Shown here: positions 18,511-27,339 of the stretch, one piece after another
How the letters are laid out: each line of letters starts with the position of its first letter
Position numbering within the stretch: the stretch's first letter is position 1
NCBI GenBank assembly: GCA_963696385.1
Contig: CAVOKF010000003.1
Location: forward strand, 448,001-512,000
DNA length: 64,000 bases
Direction: 5' to 3'
Origin: an uncultured delta proteobacterium
GTDB taxonomy: Bacteria; Myxococcota_A; Polyangia; Polyangiales; Polyangiaceae
Program-made: the position numbers and the translations under genes
The notes under the pieces: generated by a model
What the model was told of the DNA's origin: nothing
The model's database searches: none
The model's input: the letters and a program-made list of their open reading frames with translations, nothing else

Positions 18511-20078
18511 TGGCCAGCATAACGCCGATCGAGAGCAGGCGCATATTGGAATTGGTCGACGGATTTCCGAAGACGGATTCTGGCAATGCCGAAAGGCTTA
18601 TCGCGCTCAGCGGTCGAGAGCTCCGATACGTGCGTACGTGGTCGAAGTGGATCGCCTGGAATGGCAAACATTGGACGCTGGACGAAGGCGCTCCGCACCG
18701 CGCAGCGAAGGCCATGGCCCGCGCGCTCATGAAGCAGGCGCAGCGAATCGATGATCCAGACGCGAGAAGCGCGGCCGTCCGATATTCACTCAAGTGCGAG
18801 GGCAAGGCGTCGATTGAGGCAATGGTGTCCTTGGCTCGTTACGAGCTGGCGGTTGCCATTGGCCACGAAGAGCTCGACGCCGATCCGTGGCTGCTCTGCG
18901 TTCGCAACGGCACAATCGACCTCAAAACGGGTGAGCTTCGGCCGCATCGGCGTGAGGACCTCATCACCAAGATTGCGCCCATTGACTACGACCCGGCCGC
19001 GACATGCAATCGGTTCGAGCGATTCGTATCCGAGATCATGGCGGGCGACGCTGCGCTCGTCACATTCATTCACCGGTTTCTCGGCTACTGCATGACCGGC
19101 GACGTTCGCGAGCACATTCTCGCCTTCTGGCACGGCGAGGGCGGCAACGGCAAAAGCATGCTCGCCGATCTCGTTCTCTTCGTTATGGGCGATTACGCCT
19201 GCAAAGCAGCGCCGGACCTTCTTTTCAAGGGTGAACACTCGGAGCGTCACCCGACCGAGCTTTGCGACTTGTACGGGCGGCGACTCGTCGTTTGCAACGA
19301 GACGACGAGCGGGCGCTCGTGGGACGAGGCGACGGTGAAGGACATCACCGGCGGCGACCGCATTCGAGCGCGGCGCATGCGCGAGGATTTTCGGGAGTTC
19401 AGTCCGAGCCATAAGCTGCTCGTTTTCGGGAACCATCGACCGCGTATCCGATGCGTAGACAAGGCGATGGAGCGACGGCTCCGACTCGTGCCGTTCGCCG
19501 TCAGCTTCATCGGACGTGAGGACAAGGACCTCAAGCAAGCGCTCAAGGCCGAGGGCCCTGGCGTGCTGGCATGGCTCGTCCGTGGATGCCTTCAGTGGCA
19601 GGCCGAGGGCCTTCCCGACGTCGCCGCGGTCCGCGACGCGACGCAAGCCTATCTCCGCGACGAAGACACACTCGGTCAATTTTTCGACGGCGAGTGCGTC
19701 TTCGACCCGACGGCCAAGATCAGCCGCAAGGAGCTCCGAGACCGCTATGTGGCGTGGTGCGACGACCGCGACGAGCGTCCTGTCAGTCCAAAAACGATCG
19801 CGGATGCCATCACAAGGCGCGCCGTCGTCCCGCGCAAGGTTTGGACAGCGAAGGGGCCTCGTGACGGATGGGCGGGAATTCGGCTCGCAAATGAGGCCGA
19901 ACGAACGACCGCTAGCGACATAGTGACGCCTAACGAGGAAATCCCGGTTCAACGCGATCAGAACGTTTCTCGTGAGATAACCCGGGAATTGCCGACTATG
20001 CCCACTAGCTCGCTAGACGGCGACCAAGAGGACTTCGGCGACTACCTCGAGCGCGAAGGAATTGGGGGTGAGGAGTGA
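18510..20078 (+). CDS. P4-family D5-like SF3 helicase with no N-terminal primase domain
   Basis: TDSGNAERL (D5_N), NGTIDLKTGEL, GEGGNGKS, VKDITGGDRIRARRM, RRLRLVPF. Confidence 0.92.
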   Translation: MASITPIESRRILELVDGFPKTDSGNAERLIALSGRELRYVRTWSKWIAWNGKHWTLDEGAPHRAAKAMARALMKQAQRIDDPDARSAAVRYSLKCEGKASIEAMVSLARYELAVAIGHEELDADPWLLCVRNGTIDLKTGELRPHRREDLITKIAPIDYDPAATCNRFERFVSEIMAGDAALVTFIHRFLGYCMTGDVREHILAFWHGEGGNGKSMLADLVLFVMGDYACKAAPDLLFKGEHSERHPTELCDLYGRRLVVCNETTSGRSWDEATVKDITGGDRIRARRMREDFREFSPSHKLLVFGNHRPRIRCVDKAMERRLRLVPFAVSFIGREDKDLKQALKAEGPGVLAWLVRGCLQWQAEGLPDVAAVRDATQAYLRDEDTLGQFFDGECVFDPTAKISRKELRDRYVAWCDDRDERPVSPKTIADAITRRAVVPRKVWTAKGPRDGWAGIRLANEAERTTASDIVTPNEEIPVQRDQNVSREITRELPTMPTSSLDGDQEDFGDYLEREGIGGEE

Positions 20079-20635
20079 CCGCCCCGACCTGCCTTTGGCC
20101 TAGTCCCGGAATGGCAGGCCCCTTCGCTGTTCTCGATATCCCCTGCAAGGACATCGATGCCACAACGGTTCAGCAAACCGTTGCAGACGCTTGTTTTCAG
20201 CGCCTTTCCTCGTCAAAGGACGATATAGCGAATCGTCCTGCGAAACAGCCCGCGGAATCATTGATGATTTTGGCGCTGGCCAACGTACTCGAGCCTGCCC
20301 CGTATCCGCGGCTCAGCGGACCCCTCGGCGGGCGGAAGCGCCGCATGGTGCGGCGACTCGCGACGGCGACCGGCGTGGTGCCGGAGGAAGTCTCCGGTCC
20401 GGACAAGGCTGTTTCACACCGCATGAATCACGGCCGTCGCCGCTTGAGGATTACGCGTTTCCCGATTGGAGGATTACCCCATGAGACGTCGCAAACGACA
20501 TAAGGCCTCTCAGGTGCGCCCTGGCGAGCGCGCGAACAGGGTGCCGCCGCCAATCGAGGTGCCGCTCCGGTTGCCGCCATTGCCCCGCGAGTTTGTCGCC
20601 CTCCGCGCCGACGAGCGCGTTGCAGGCAAGGTCAA

Positions 20636-21181
20636 ATGACACCCGAACAGAGGGTCGACCCGCGGCGGTTTATTCTAACGCCGGAGCGCCGAGCGATCGT
20701 GCTCGCCTCAGCGACTATTCGGGCCGCTGCCGAGTCGATCGGGGTCACACGGGCCACCCTGAGCTCAGCCGTCAACCGCGACGCCGCGCTGGTCGCAGAG
20801 CTCGCGCGCAAGCGCCAGGCCGAGCGCGATGCAGTCCGCGAAGCCGCGCCGCCGAAGCCGCGCAAGCAGCGCGATGCCGACTCGTTCGACAGCCGTCCGG
20901 TCATTCGAGCCGAGCAGATCGAGGGTGCTGTCCTCGCCGCCGCGACGGCCGTTACGGGCGCGCTGCCGGCCGTCGACAGCCGAGGTCCGCGCTGGGCCGG
21001 TGGAGAGCATTGGTCGCGGCTTAGGGCCGCGTTCCACTGCTTGCCGGAGATGGCCCGGCGCGAGGCAATCACTCGCCTCGTCCTCGAGGAAGCCGAGCGC
21101 ATCGAGGCGGATCGCGGCCTCGAGTGGCGCCCCGCCGAACGACACCAGGGCCAAGTGAGGGCGGGGTCACATGATCACTGA
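20636..21181 (+). CDS. HTH-containing hypothetical protein (possible late-gene regulator)
   Basis: IRAAAESIGVTRATLSSAV HTH pattern. Confidence 0.6.
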   Translation: MTPEQRVDPRRFILTPERRAIVLASATIRAAAESIGVTRATLSSAVNRDAALVAELARKRQAERDAVREAAPPKPRKQRDADSFDSRPVIRAEQIEGAVLAAATAVTGALPAVDSRGPRWAGGEHWSRLRAAFHCLPEMARREAITRLVLEEAERIEADRGLEWRPAERHQGQVRAGSHDH

Positions 21182-21668
21182 CCTCTTGACGGACGAGCTG
21201 ACGCAAGCGCACCTCGCGCTGCTTTTGCACCAGCTTTGGGATGAGTACTTCGAGCCCAGGCCGCGGCCTTTGCTGTTGCCGGTGATCGATGAGGGACTTG
21301 TGGAGTGCGCCAACATCCAGCGCAAGGGCACGATCTTCGTGATCACGTTCGACCGGACGACGCTGGATCTCGGTGTGGGCCGGCGGTGGCTGGTCGACGT
21401 TGCTCTGCATGAGCTCACGCATGTGCCGAGCTATCCCGAGCGCGCCTCGCACGGGCCGGGCTTTTACGCCGAGTGCTGCCGTCTTTCGCCGCTCATAGGC
21501 CTCGAGTTTTTGCCGTGCGAGGACACGGTCCACGAGTGGCCCCACAACATGCGACCCGATGGCTTTTACGAGGGGACTTATTTCGACGCGGACAGGATCG
21601 GATCGGCGTGGCTTGTCGACGTTCGCGATGCGTTCGCGTCGGTGGCCGCGCTCGAGGTGGACCCATGA
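21171..21668 (+). CDS. SprT-like zinc metalloprotease
   Basis: LHELTH followed by SHGPGFYAEC. Confidence 0.75.
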   Translation: MITDLLTDELTQAHLALLLHQLWDEYFEPRPRPLLLPVIDEGLVECANIQRKGTIFVITFDRTTLDLGVGRRWLVDVALHELTHVPSYPERASHGPGFYAECCRLSPLIGLEFLPCEDTVHEWPHNMRPDGFYEGTYFDADRIGSAWLVDVRDAFASVAALEVDP

Positions 21669-21757
21669 CTGCGCTCGATCATGGCAGCAATCATCCCGAC
21701 CGTGAACACGGCCAGACCCATGATGGCAAGGCCAACGATGTAGGTGTACTCGCCCAT
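21578..21757 (-). CDS. 59-aa single-TM membrane peptide (not in ORF track)
   Basis: RBS AGGAG; MGEYTYIVGLAIMGLAVFTVGMIAAMIERS...; TAA at 21580-21578. Confidence 0.5.
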   Translation of the reverse strand: MGEYTYIVGLAIMGLAVFTVGMIAAMIERSHGSTSSAATDANASRTSTSHADPILSASK

Positions 21758-21759
21758 GT

Positions 21760-21969
21760 TCAGCTCCTGCTCCTGGTTCGCTCAATGATGGCGCCGAAAC
21801 CGGCAAAAAACAACCCCAAACCAAGAACGACCACGGTCCACCTCCACGACGGTAAGCCGGCCGCGATTGTCTTTTCTAGCACGCCCAGGGCCGCGACGAG
21901 CACACCAGCCTCCCGCAGAAAGTCGCCCGACATCTCTGCCAAGCCTTTAGGCGCCCCCATCGGGGCCAT
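21760..21969 (-). CDS. Small 2-TM membrane protein
   Basis: FLREAGVLVAALGVLE...WTVVVLGLGLFFAGFGAIIER; start uncertain. Confidence 0.55.
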   Translation of the reverse strand: MAPMGAPKGLAEMSGDFLREAGVLVAALGVLEKTIAAGLPSWRWTVVVLGLGLFFAGFGAIIERTRSRS

Positions 21970-21993
21970 TCCTAGCACATCCGTGGGGACTCC

Positions 21994-22566
21994 ATGGCAA
22001 TAAGGAGTGGACACGGCAACGGCGCCGGCGTGCCCCGGATCGAGGTCCTGCCTCCCGACGAGCTGCCGGATCCGGCTCCGATACCGGACGAGAGCGGTCC
22101 GATTGTGCGCCGCTCGAACGGCACGTTCGCCGATGGGGAGTCCGCCAGGCGGGCCGGTCGCAAAGGTGGCCAGCGCACGCAGCTATTCAGCCGCATCCTT
22201 CGTTCGTTGGGTTTGGCCGAGCTCTCGGCTGACCACGCGTTCTACGCCTACGAGGTGGCCGGCAAAGACTTTGCCGATGCCTACATTTCCCGCCTCACGA
22301 CCATGTTTGGCGAGTGCGGCGAGGGACCCGCCAGCATCGTGAAGACCGCCGGGATTCAGCTCGCATCGAGTCGTTACCTCTACGACCAGGGCAAGCTGAC
22401 GGGCGACGCCGAGCTCCTGGGCCAAGCGTCCAAGATGGGCAACGACCATCGCCAGAACATGCTTGCGAGTTACGAGCTCGCCGCACGGGAAGCTCAGGCG
22501 CGCGAGGCCTCCGTTCCAGACGGCGTCGATGCCCACTGGTGGTCGGACAAGAAGGGCAAGCGATGA
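21994..22566 (+). CDS. Putative terminase small subunit
   Basis: Directly upstream of TerL with ATGA overlap; RRSNGTF..ARRAGRKGG basic motif, then helical body. Call is mainly positional. Confidence 0.5.
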   Translation: MAIRSGHGNGAGVPRIEVLPPDELPDPAPIPDESGPIVRRSNGTFADGESARRAGRKGGQRTQLFSRILRSLGLAELSADHAFYAYEVAGKDFADAYISRLTTMFGECGEGPASIVKTAGIQLASSRYLYDQGKLTGDAELLGQASKMGNDHRQNMLASYELAAREAQAREASVPDGVDAHWWSDKKGKR

Positions 22567-24323
22567 AGTTCACCGAATTCACCGACGACATCGGCCTGAG
22601 CCTCACGCCGGCACAACGTGTACTCTGCAAGGTTTCGTTTGATGGGACCGACCCTTGTGCGCTTGAGGGCGCGGAGCGGGAGCTTGCGCGAGTTCTGTTC
22701 GGCGAAGTCGATACGGTGCCCGCGTTGGCCCGGCGCACGATCGTGCTGACCCTTGGCCGAGGAAGCGGAAAGACGACCATCGCAGCGGCGTACGGTCTCT
22801 ATCGAATGGTGACCGCGGACCTCTCGAGGTGCGGGCCCGGTGACATTCCGCACATGATCGCGGTCGCCCCGACGACGCGAACGGCAAAGCTCGTCGTTGG
22901 CATGGCCCAGGAGCTCACGCAGTGGTCGAAGGCATTGCGTCGGCGCGTCGAATCGGAGACAAAAGAAGGATTCATTCTTCGACGTCCCGACGGCAAGCGC
23001 GTTGCTTTCTCGGCGTTCGCGGCGAGCCGTGGCGGCGCATCCGCCCGCGGGCTCTCGGTCCTCTCGTTCGTGCTCGACGAGAGTGAATTTTTTCAGAGCG
23101 ATGCGGAGTTCGTGGTCACGGACCGTGACGTCTACGGCGCGATCGTCCCCCGTCTGATGGCGGCCGGCGCGGGCGTACTGATCTCGACGCCGTGGCCCGT
23201 GCCCACCATGACGGCCGAACTGCGCGAGAAGAATTTCGGCGCCCCCTCGACGGCTCTGTGCGCAGTGGGTCCGACGCTCGTCATGCGCCCCGGCGACGAA
23301 ACTATCGAGTCGCTGGTCGCCGCCGAGCGAGAGCGCGACCCAGACAACGCGGCGCGCGAGTTCGATTGCGACGCGTCCGCGACCAGCGGCTCGAGCACTC
23401 TCTTTACCGCCGAGATGATCCGCGCATGCGTCGACATGAACCTGGCGCAGCCGTCGCCACGCGTCGGAAGCTATCACCCGAGTTTCGGTTGCGACGTCGC
23501 GTTCGTGCGCGACTCGAGCACCCTCGTCGGGTCGGTCGACAAGGAAGGCGTCGTCGAGGTGCAAACGATTCTTGAAAAGAGGCCAGAGAAAGGCCAGCCA
23601 CTTCGCCCAAAAGAGGTCGTCGACGACTTCGCGAAAGTGATTACTGATTATGGCGCGGTGAGTGTTTGGGGTGATATTCACTATAAGGAATCGGTCCGCG
23701 AACATCTCGAACCGTATCAGATCGAGTTTTGCGACGTGCCCGCTGGCGCAAACGGCAAACAGGAGACGTACCTGCACGCCCGCAAGATGCTAAGCGAGGG
23801 CCGCGTCCGCCTCCCGAACAATCCGCGCTTTCTTGCTCAGTTGAGAAGCATCGTCAGCAAGCCGATGTCCGGCGGAGGTTTGCAGATCAGCGCACCGCGC
23901 CGCGCTGGACTCGCACACGGCGACATCGTCTCGGCGTTCGTGGCGTCGCTCTGGGCTGTCAAACAGGGAGAGCAGCCGGACTGGTTGCGAGCGATGGTCG
24001 CCCTGGATCAGCGGAACGGCGTGTTGTTCGACGGCGGCAATTCTAAGATGTGCAATGAGCGATACGTGAATGCGTTGGCCGCGATTATCGGGTGGCGGAA
24101 GCGCCATGGCAATCTGCGAAAGGATACGCACACGCTCGACGTGGGCAACGACGGTACATATACATTGGTACACGCCAATTATCTGAACGGTGTAGCGCGG
24201 TGGCGTTCCAAGGACCGTTTCGGCAACGTGGTCTTCGATCCGCATTGCGAGCCGGGCTTCAAACATCAGATGGCTTGGATCTGGACAGAACTTTACTCGA
24301 ATCGTGGAGGCGAAGCGCCATGA
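22563..24323 (+). CDS. Terminase large subunit with C-terminal extension
   Basis: LTPAQ, Walker A LGRGSGKTT, RGLS..Walker B FVLDESEF, ISTP, RNase-H-like GCDVAFVRD and HGDIVSA. Confidence 0.9.
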   Translation: MKFTEFTDDIGLSLTPAQRVLCKVSFDGTDPCALEGAERELARVLFGEVDTVPALARRTIVLTLGRGSGKTTIAAAYGLYRMVTADLSRCGPGDIPHMIAVAPTTRTAKLVVGMAQELTQWSKALRRRVESETKEGFILRRPDGKRVAFSAFAASRGGASARGLSVLSFVLDESEFFQSDAEFVVTDRDVYGAIVPRLMAAGAGVLISTPWPVPTMTAELREKNFGAPSTALCAVGPTLVMRPGDETIESLVAAERERDPDNAAREFDCDASATSGSSTLFTAEMIRACVDMNLAQPSPRVGSYHPSFGCDVAFVRDSSTLVGSVDKEGVVEVQTILEKRPEKGQPLRPKEVVDDFAKVITDYGAVSVWGDIHYKESVREHLEPYQIEFCDVPAGANGKQETYLHARKMLSEGRVRLPNNPRFLAQLRSIVSKPMSGGGLQISAPRRAGLAHGDIVSAFVASLWAVKQGEQPDWLRAMVALDQRNGVLFDGGNSKMCNERYVNALAAIIGWRKRHGNLRKDTHTLDVGNDGTYTLVHANYLNGVARWRSKDRFGNVVFDPHCEPGFKHQMAWIWTELYSNRGGEAP

Positions 24324-24655
24324 GAACTCGTATCGGAAGGCGCCAACCGTACATCCCCGCGCGACGGCCGATCGGGGCGGACCGCTTCGACGGTCTCATT
24401 CCGGAATTGATCCAGAACGTGATGCAAACGGACCTCGCCGAGGTACGGGGGATCCGTGGTGAGCTCGAAGAATCGGAGGAGCACAACTTCCACTTCGAAT
24501 CGTGGCCGGACGGTCGAATGGCGGTCAGCACGATGGCCAAGAACCCCGAGGTCGCCAAGTGGCATACAAAGCTCAAGGGCGACATCGAGTTCACCGACAA
24601 CGCAAGCAACTTTTTTAGGGCTTGTGCATACAGAATACGGGCGCGCAACTCATAG
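24320..24655 (+). CDS. Hypothetical protein resembling the TerL C-terminal extension
   Basis: ATGA overlap with TerL; shared DG..VAxWxxK..GxxxF pattern. Confidence 0.6.
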   Translation: MRTRIGRRQPYIPARRPIGADRFDGLIPELIQNVMQTDLAEVRGIRGELEESEEHNFHFESWPDGRMAVSTMAKNPEVAKWHTKLKGDIEFTDNASNFFRACAYRIRARNS

Positions 24656-24681
24656 GCGATTTACCATTATCGAGGGTTCAC

Positions 24682-26097
24682 ATGACGACCAATGTCCAGC
24701 TACCCAGGATCCCAACCCGCACCGTCGGCGGCATGTTGGTGCACAGCCAAGAAGAGGGCATACGCCGGATCCGTGAGGCAGCCGCGGCTCATCGGCCCGC
24801 CTTACCCAAGGTGGCGAAGCTCGTCACGTTGGACGAGAAAATACTCCGCGACATCAATCCAATGATCGACCCCGAATCGGTGGTTCCGTTTTGGGGACCG
24901 CTCCCGACGATCATCCGACAGGGCGACGTCGAGATCGCACGGCTCGAACACATCGGCGACGCGCGACCGACGCACGATCTGTGTGCCGAGCTGCGAGGGC
25001 TCGCGGCGGACTCCGGTGTCGAAGACGACCTCAGCGAAACGTCCGAGGACCATGTTACCGAAGGTGAGGCAGCGGTCCGGGCGATCTTGCGATTCCGGCC
25101 CGAGCTGACCGGCATTCGCCGCTTCTCACGGCCCGATCTGGCGGTCGATATGTGCGCCGTGGACGAGGGTCGCGCGTGGGGACTCAGTGCAGAGCGGATC
25201 GCGGCCCTGGTCGGGCACGCGGTCACGTCGGGGCGTCGATTGAAGGCGCCGTGCTCTCGTGCTCGCGAGCTCGAGGCCGCGGCACGGATCGCGAACGAGA
25301 AGATCGAACAAGAGGCGCAGGCGGCGCAGCGCGCGTACGCCGAGGCGAACCGCGTCGAGTCCCGAACGATTAAGTCGCTTGGGTTGCAAGGCTTGCAGAT
25401 CGATTTTGGGTTGCCCGGGGTGTCGCGCCCCGCGGAACTCGGTGCGGCTACTTGGATCGATAACCTCGCCGTGTGGCGTTCGATCCCTGGGATCTCGATC
25501 CCTCAGGTCAAATTCGCGGTGGGGTCCACGCTCGATCCCAATACGATCGTCACGGCCAACGCTGCGATGCTCGCGTCTGTCGGATTTCCAGACATTGAGA
25601 CATACGGTCTCGTCGTCCGCATCCTTCAAAAATACCTACCGGACAGACGCACTGGCCCGGTCGACACGTTTTCGAAAGTACATCTCGAGGCCGCGCGCGA
25701 ATGCGTACGCCCGCTCATGCCGTATGTGTACTCTACACGTACAGGACTCGGGTACATGCCTCGACTTGTCACGGAGATCGCGGTCAGGGGCTTCATGGTC
25801 TCTCCACCCGCCGCGGTCGCGTTGATCTGGTCCGAGCTCTTGGATCAAGAGAGCATGTCGGCACATCGTCAGATTCCGGTGCAGGCGGGCGCAATCGGGA
25901 CAACGCATCCGCCGATCCGGATCTTGCAGGATCCCAATATGCAGCAGATCGACAAGATCGACCTGCGAGTGACTAGGCCTGTTGAGCGGACGTACGCCGG
26001 GGCGACGAGCAAAGATCAGTTGGCCTCCTGGGCCGCGGAGGCCGCAAGCGGCGGCATCGTCGAAGTCGGATCTCTACTTTCGAAGAAAGGTAAGTGA
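24682..26097 (+). CDS. 471-aa hypothetical protein
   Basis: Long ORF in the operon with RBS GAGGG; no family recognised. Confidence 0.7.
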   Translation: MTTNVQLPRIPTRTVGGMLVHSQEEGIRRIREAAAAHRPALPKVAKLVTLDEKILRDINPMIDPESVVPFWGPLPTIIRQGDVEIARLEHIGDARPTHDLCAELRGLAADSGVEDDLSETSEDHVTEGEAAVRAILRFRPELTGIRRFSRPDLAVDMCAVDEGRAWGLSAERIAALVGHAVTSGRRLKAPCSRARELEAAARIANEKIEQEAQAAQRAYAEANRVESRTIKSLGLQGLQIDFGLPGVSRPAELGAATWIDNLAVWRSIPGISIPQVKFAVGSTLDPNTIVTANAAMLASVGFPDIETYGLVVRILQKYLPDRRTGPVDTFSKVHLEAARECVRPLMPYVYSTRTGLGYMPRLVTEIAVRGFMVSPPAAVALIWSELLDQESMSAHRQIPVQAGAIGTTHPPIRILQDPNMQQIDKIDLRVTRPVERTYAGATSKDQLASWAAEAASGGIVEVGSLLSKKGK

Positions 26098-26102
26098 ACG
26101 CC

Positions 26103-26837
26103 ATGGGACAAAATATGAGATACGAATCGACCTCGCGAGACCCCGCACCCAACCCCGAATACGAGAGGGGCGTCGCAGACGTTCGTCGCAAAGAGCTTGC
26201 GCGGATCGGTTACGAGATCCCCGCGAACGCGTCGCCAGCCTACGTCGACGGGGTCTACGGGGTCGCCGTCAAGAAGGGGCAGGTTCGCTCGGACGCCGCG
26301 CCGCGATTTTTGGATCCGCTCGATCTCGTCTTCGCTGGAGGCGTCGAGGCGCGCTCGGACGCGATGCTGACCGAGAGCGGAGTAGAGACGAACACCGCTA
26401 CTCAAGAGGAGACGCTCGCCTCAGCCGACGAACAGCGACAGGCCGGATTCGCCCAAATGCAGGCAAAGTTCGAACGCGGCCTCGAAAATGCGACCTATGG
26501 GTATCGTCCGGCACGGGGGCACGACGGCTCGTTTCCCGGGGGGTCAAGGGGCAATAACGCGAGCACGCCACCGGGCGATCCGGAGTGGGGTCAGCGCGCT
26601 CGGGAGTCGGCTCCGCGAGTTCCGCGCGAGCAAACAGAGCACGGGCGCTCTGCCTTCGGTGGAGGCAACGAGGGCTCTTTCGAGGGATCGTTCGGCGGGG
26701 GGATGGCCACGCCTGACGTCTTCGGCGAGGGCGACTCGACGACGGCCGACGCTCGCGACGCCATGATCGCGCGCGCGCGCGACGCGTGGCGAACCCCGCA
26801 AGGCCCGCGGGCGATGGGTCGCACGCGAGGTGCATGA
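26103..26837 (+). CDS. Hypothetical protein, phage scaffold (DUF2213 C-terminus)-like
   Basis: SPAYVDGVY, RSDA twice, ADARDAMIARARDAWR. Confidence 0.55.
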   Translation: MGQNMRYESTSRDPAPNPEYERGVADVRRKELARIGYEIPANASPAYVDGVYGVAVKKGQVRSDAAPRFLDPLDLVFAGGVEARSDAMLTESGVETNTATQEETLASADEQRQAGFAQMQAKFERGLENATYGYRPARGHDGSFPGGSRGNNASTPPGDPEWGQRARESAPRVPREQTEHGRSAFGGGNEGSFEGSFGGGMATPDVFGEGDSTTADARDAMIARARDAWRTPQGPRAMGRTRGA

Positions 26838-26840
26838 GCC

Positions 26841-27164
26841 ATGACGTCAGCCGTGTTTGACCGTCGTGACGCCTTGACCGGGACACCAGTTGTGCCGGAG
26901 CCGACGGCGCCGATGCAAACCGACGATGAATTTCGCGCGACCGCGGAGACCAAGCGGGATTCCCTCACGTTTCGCAAGGACGCCGCCGACGTCCTCCGAT
27001 CGCTCAAGGCGCTGCGCCCAGGCGACAGGCGAAATCTGTACGCATGGCTATTTTGGAATGAGGTTGCAGACCTAGGACCCAATGCCGAAATCACGTTCGG
27101 CGGAATGCGTATCCGAACCGGCGCCAACACGCTCGCCGGGGCACCTGTGGAGAAAAACAAATGA
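26841..27164 (+). CDS. Hypothetical protein
   Basis: RBS GAGG; in operon. Confidence 0.6.
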   Translation: MTSAVFDRRDALTGTPVVPEPTAPMQTDDEFRATAETKRDSLTFRKDAADVLRSLKALRPGDRRNLYAWLFWNEVADLGPNAEITFGGMRIRTGANTLAGAPVEKNK

Positions 27165-27337
27165 GCCAAGAATTCGTATGTTCAATCGACGCGACCGTGC
27201 CAGCCCCTACCGCGGAAGCCCAGGTCAAACTCGAGGTCGCCGCGTCCGTTGACGCCTCGGTGGATCTCGCTCCGGCCACACCGGCCGGGTTACGATGGAA
27301 CGAATCAAATTGGGATGAAGCGACGTGGGGGGTCTAG
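27161..27337 (+). CDS. 58-aa protein with W-x4-W-x4-W tail (not in ORF track)
   Basis: MSQEFVCSIDATV...LRWNESNWDEATWGV-stop; ATGA overlap; fills the gap between neighbours. Confidence 0.6.
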   Translation: MSQEFVCSIDATVPAPTAEAQVKLEVAASVDASVDLAPATPAGLRWNESNWDEATWGV

Positions 27338-27339
27338 CC

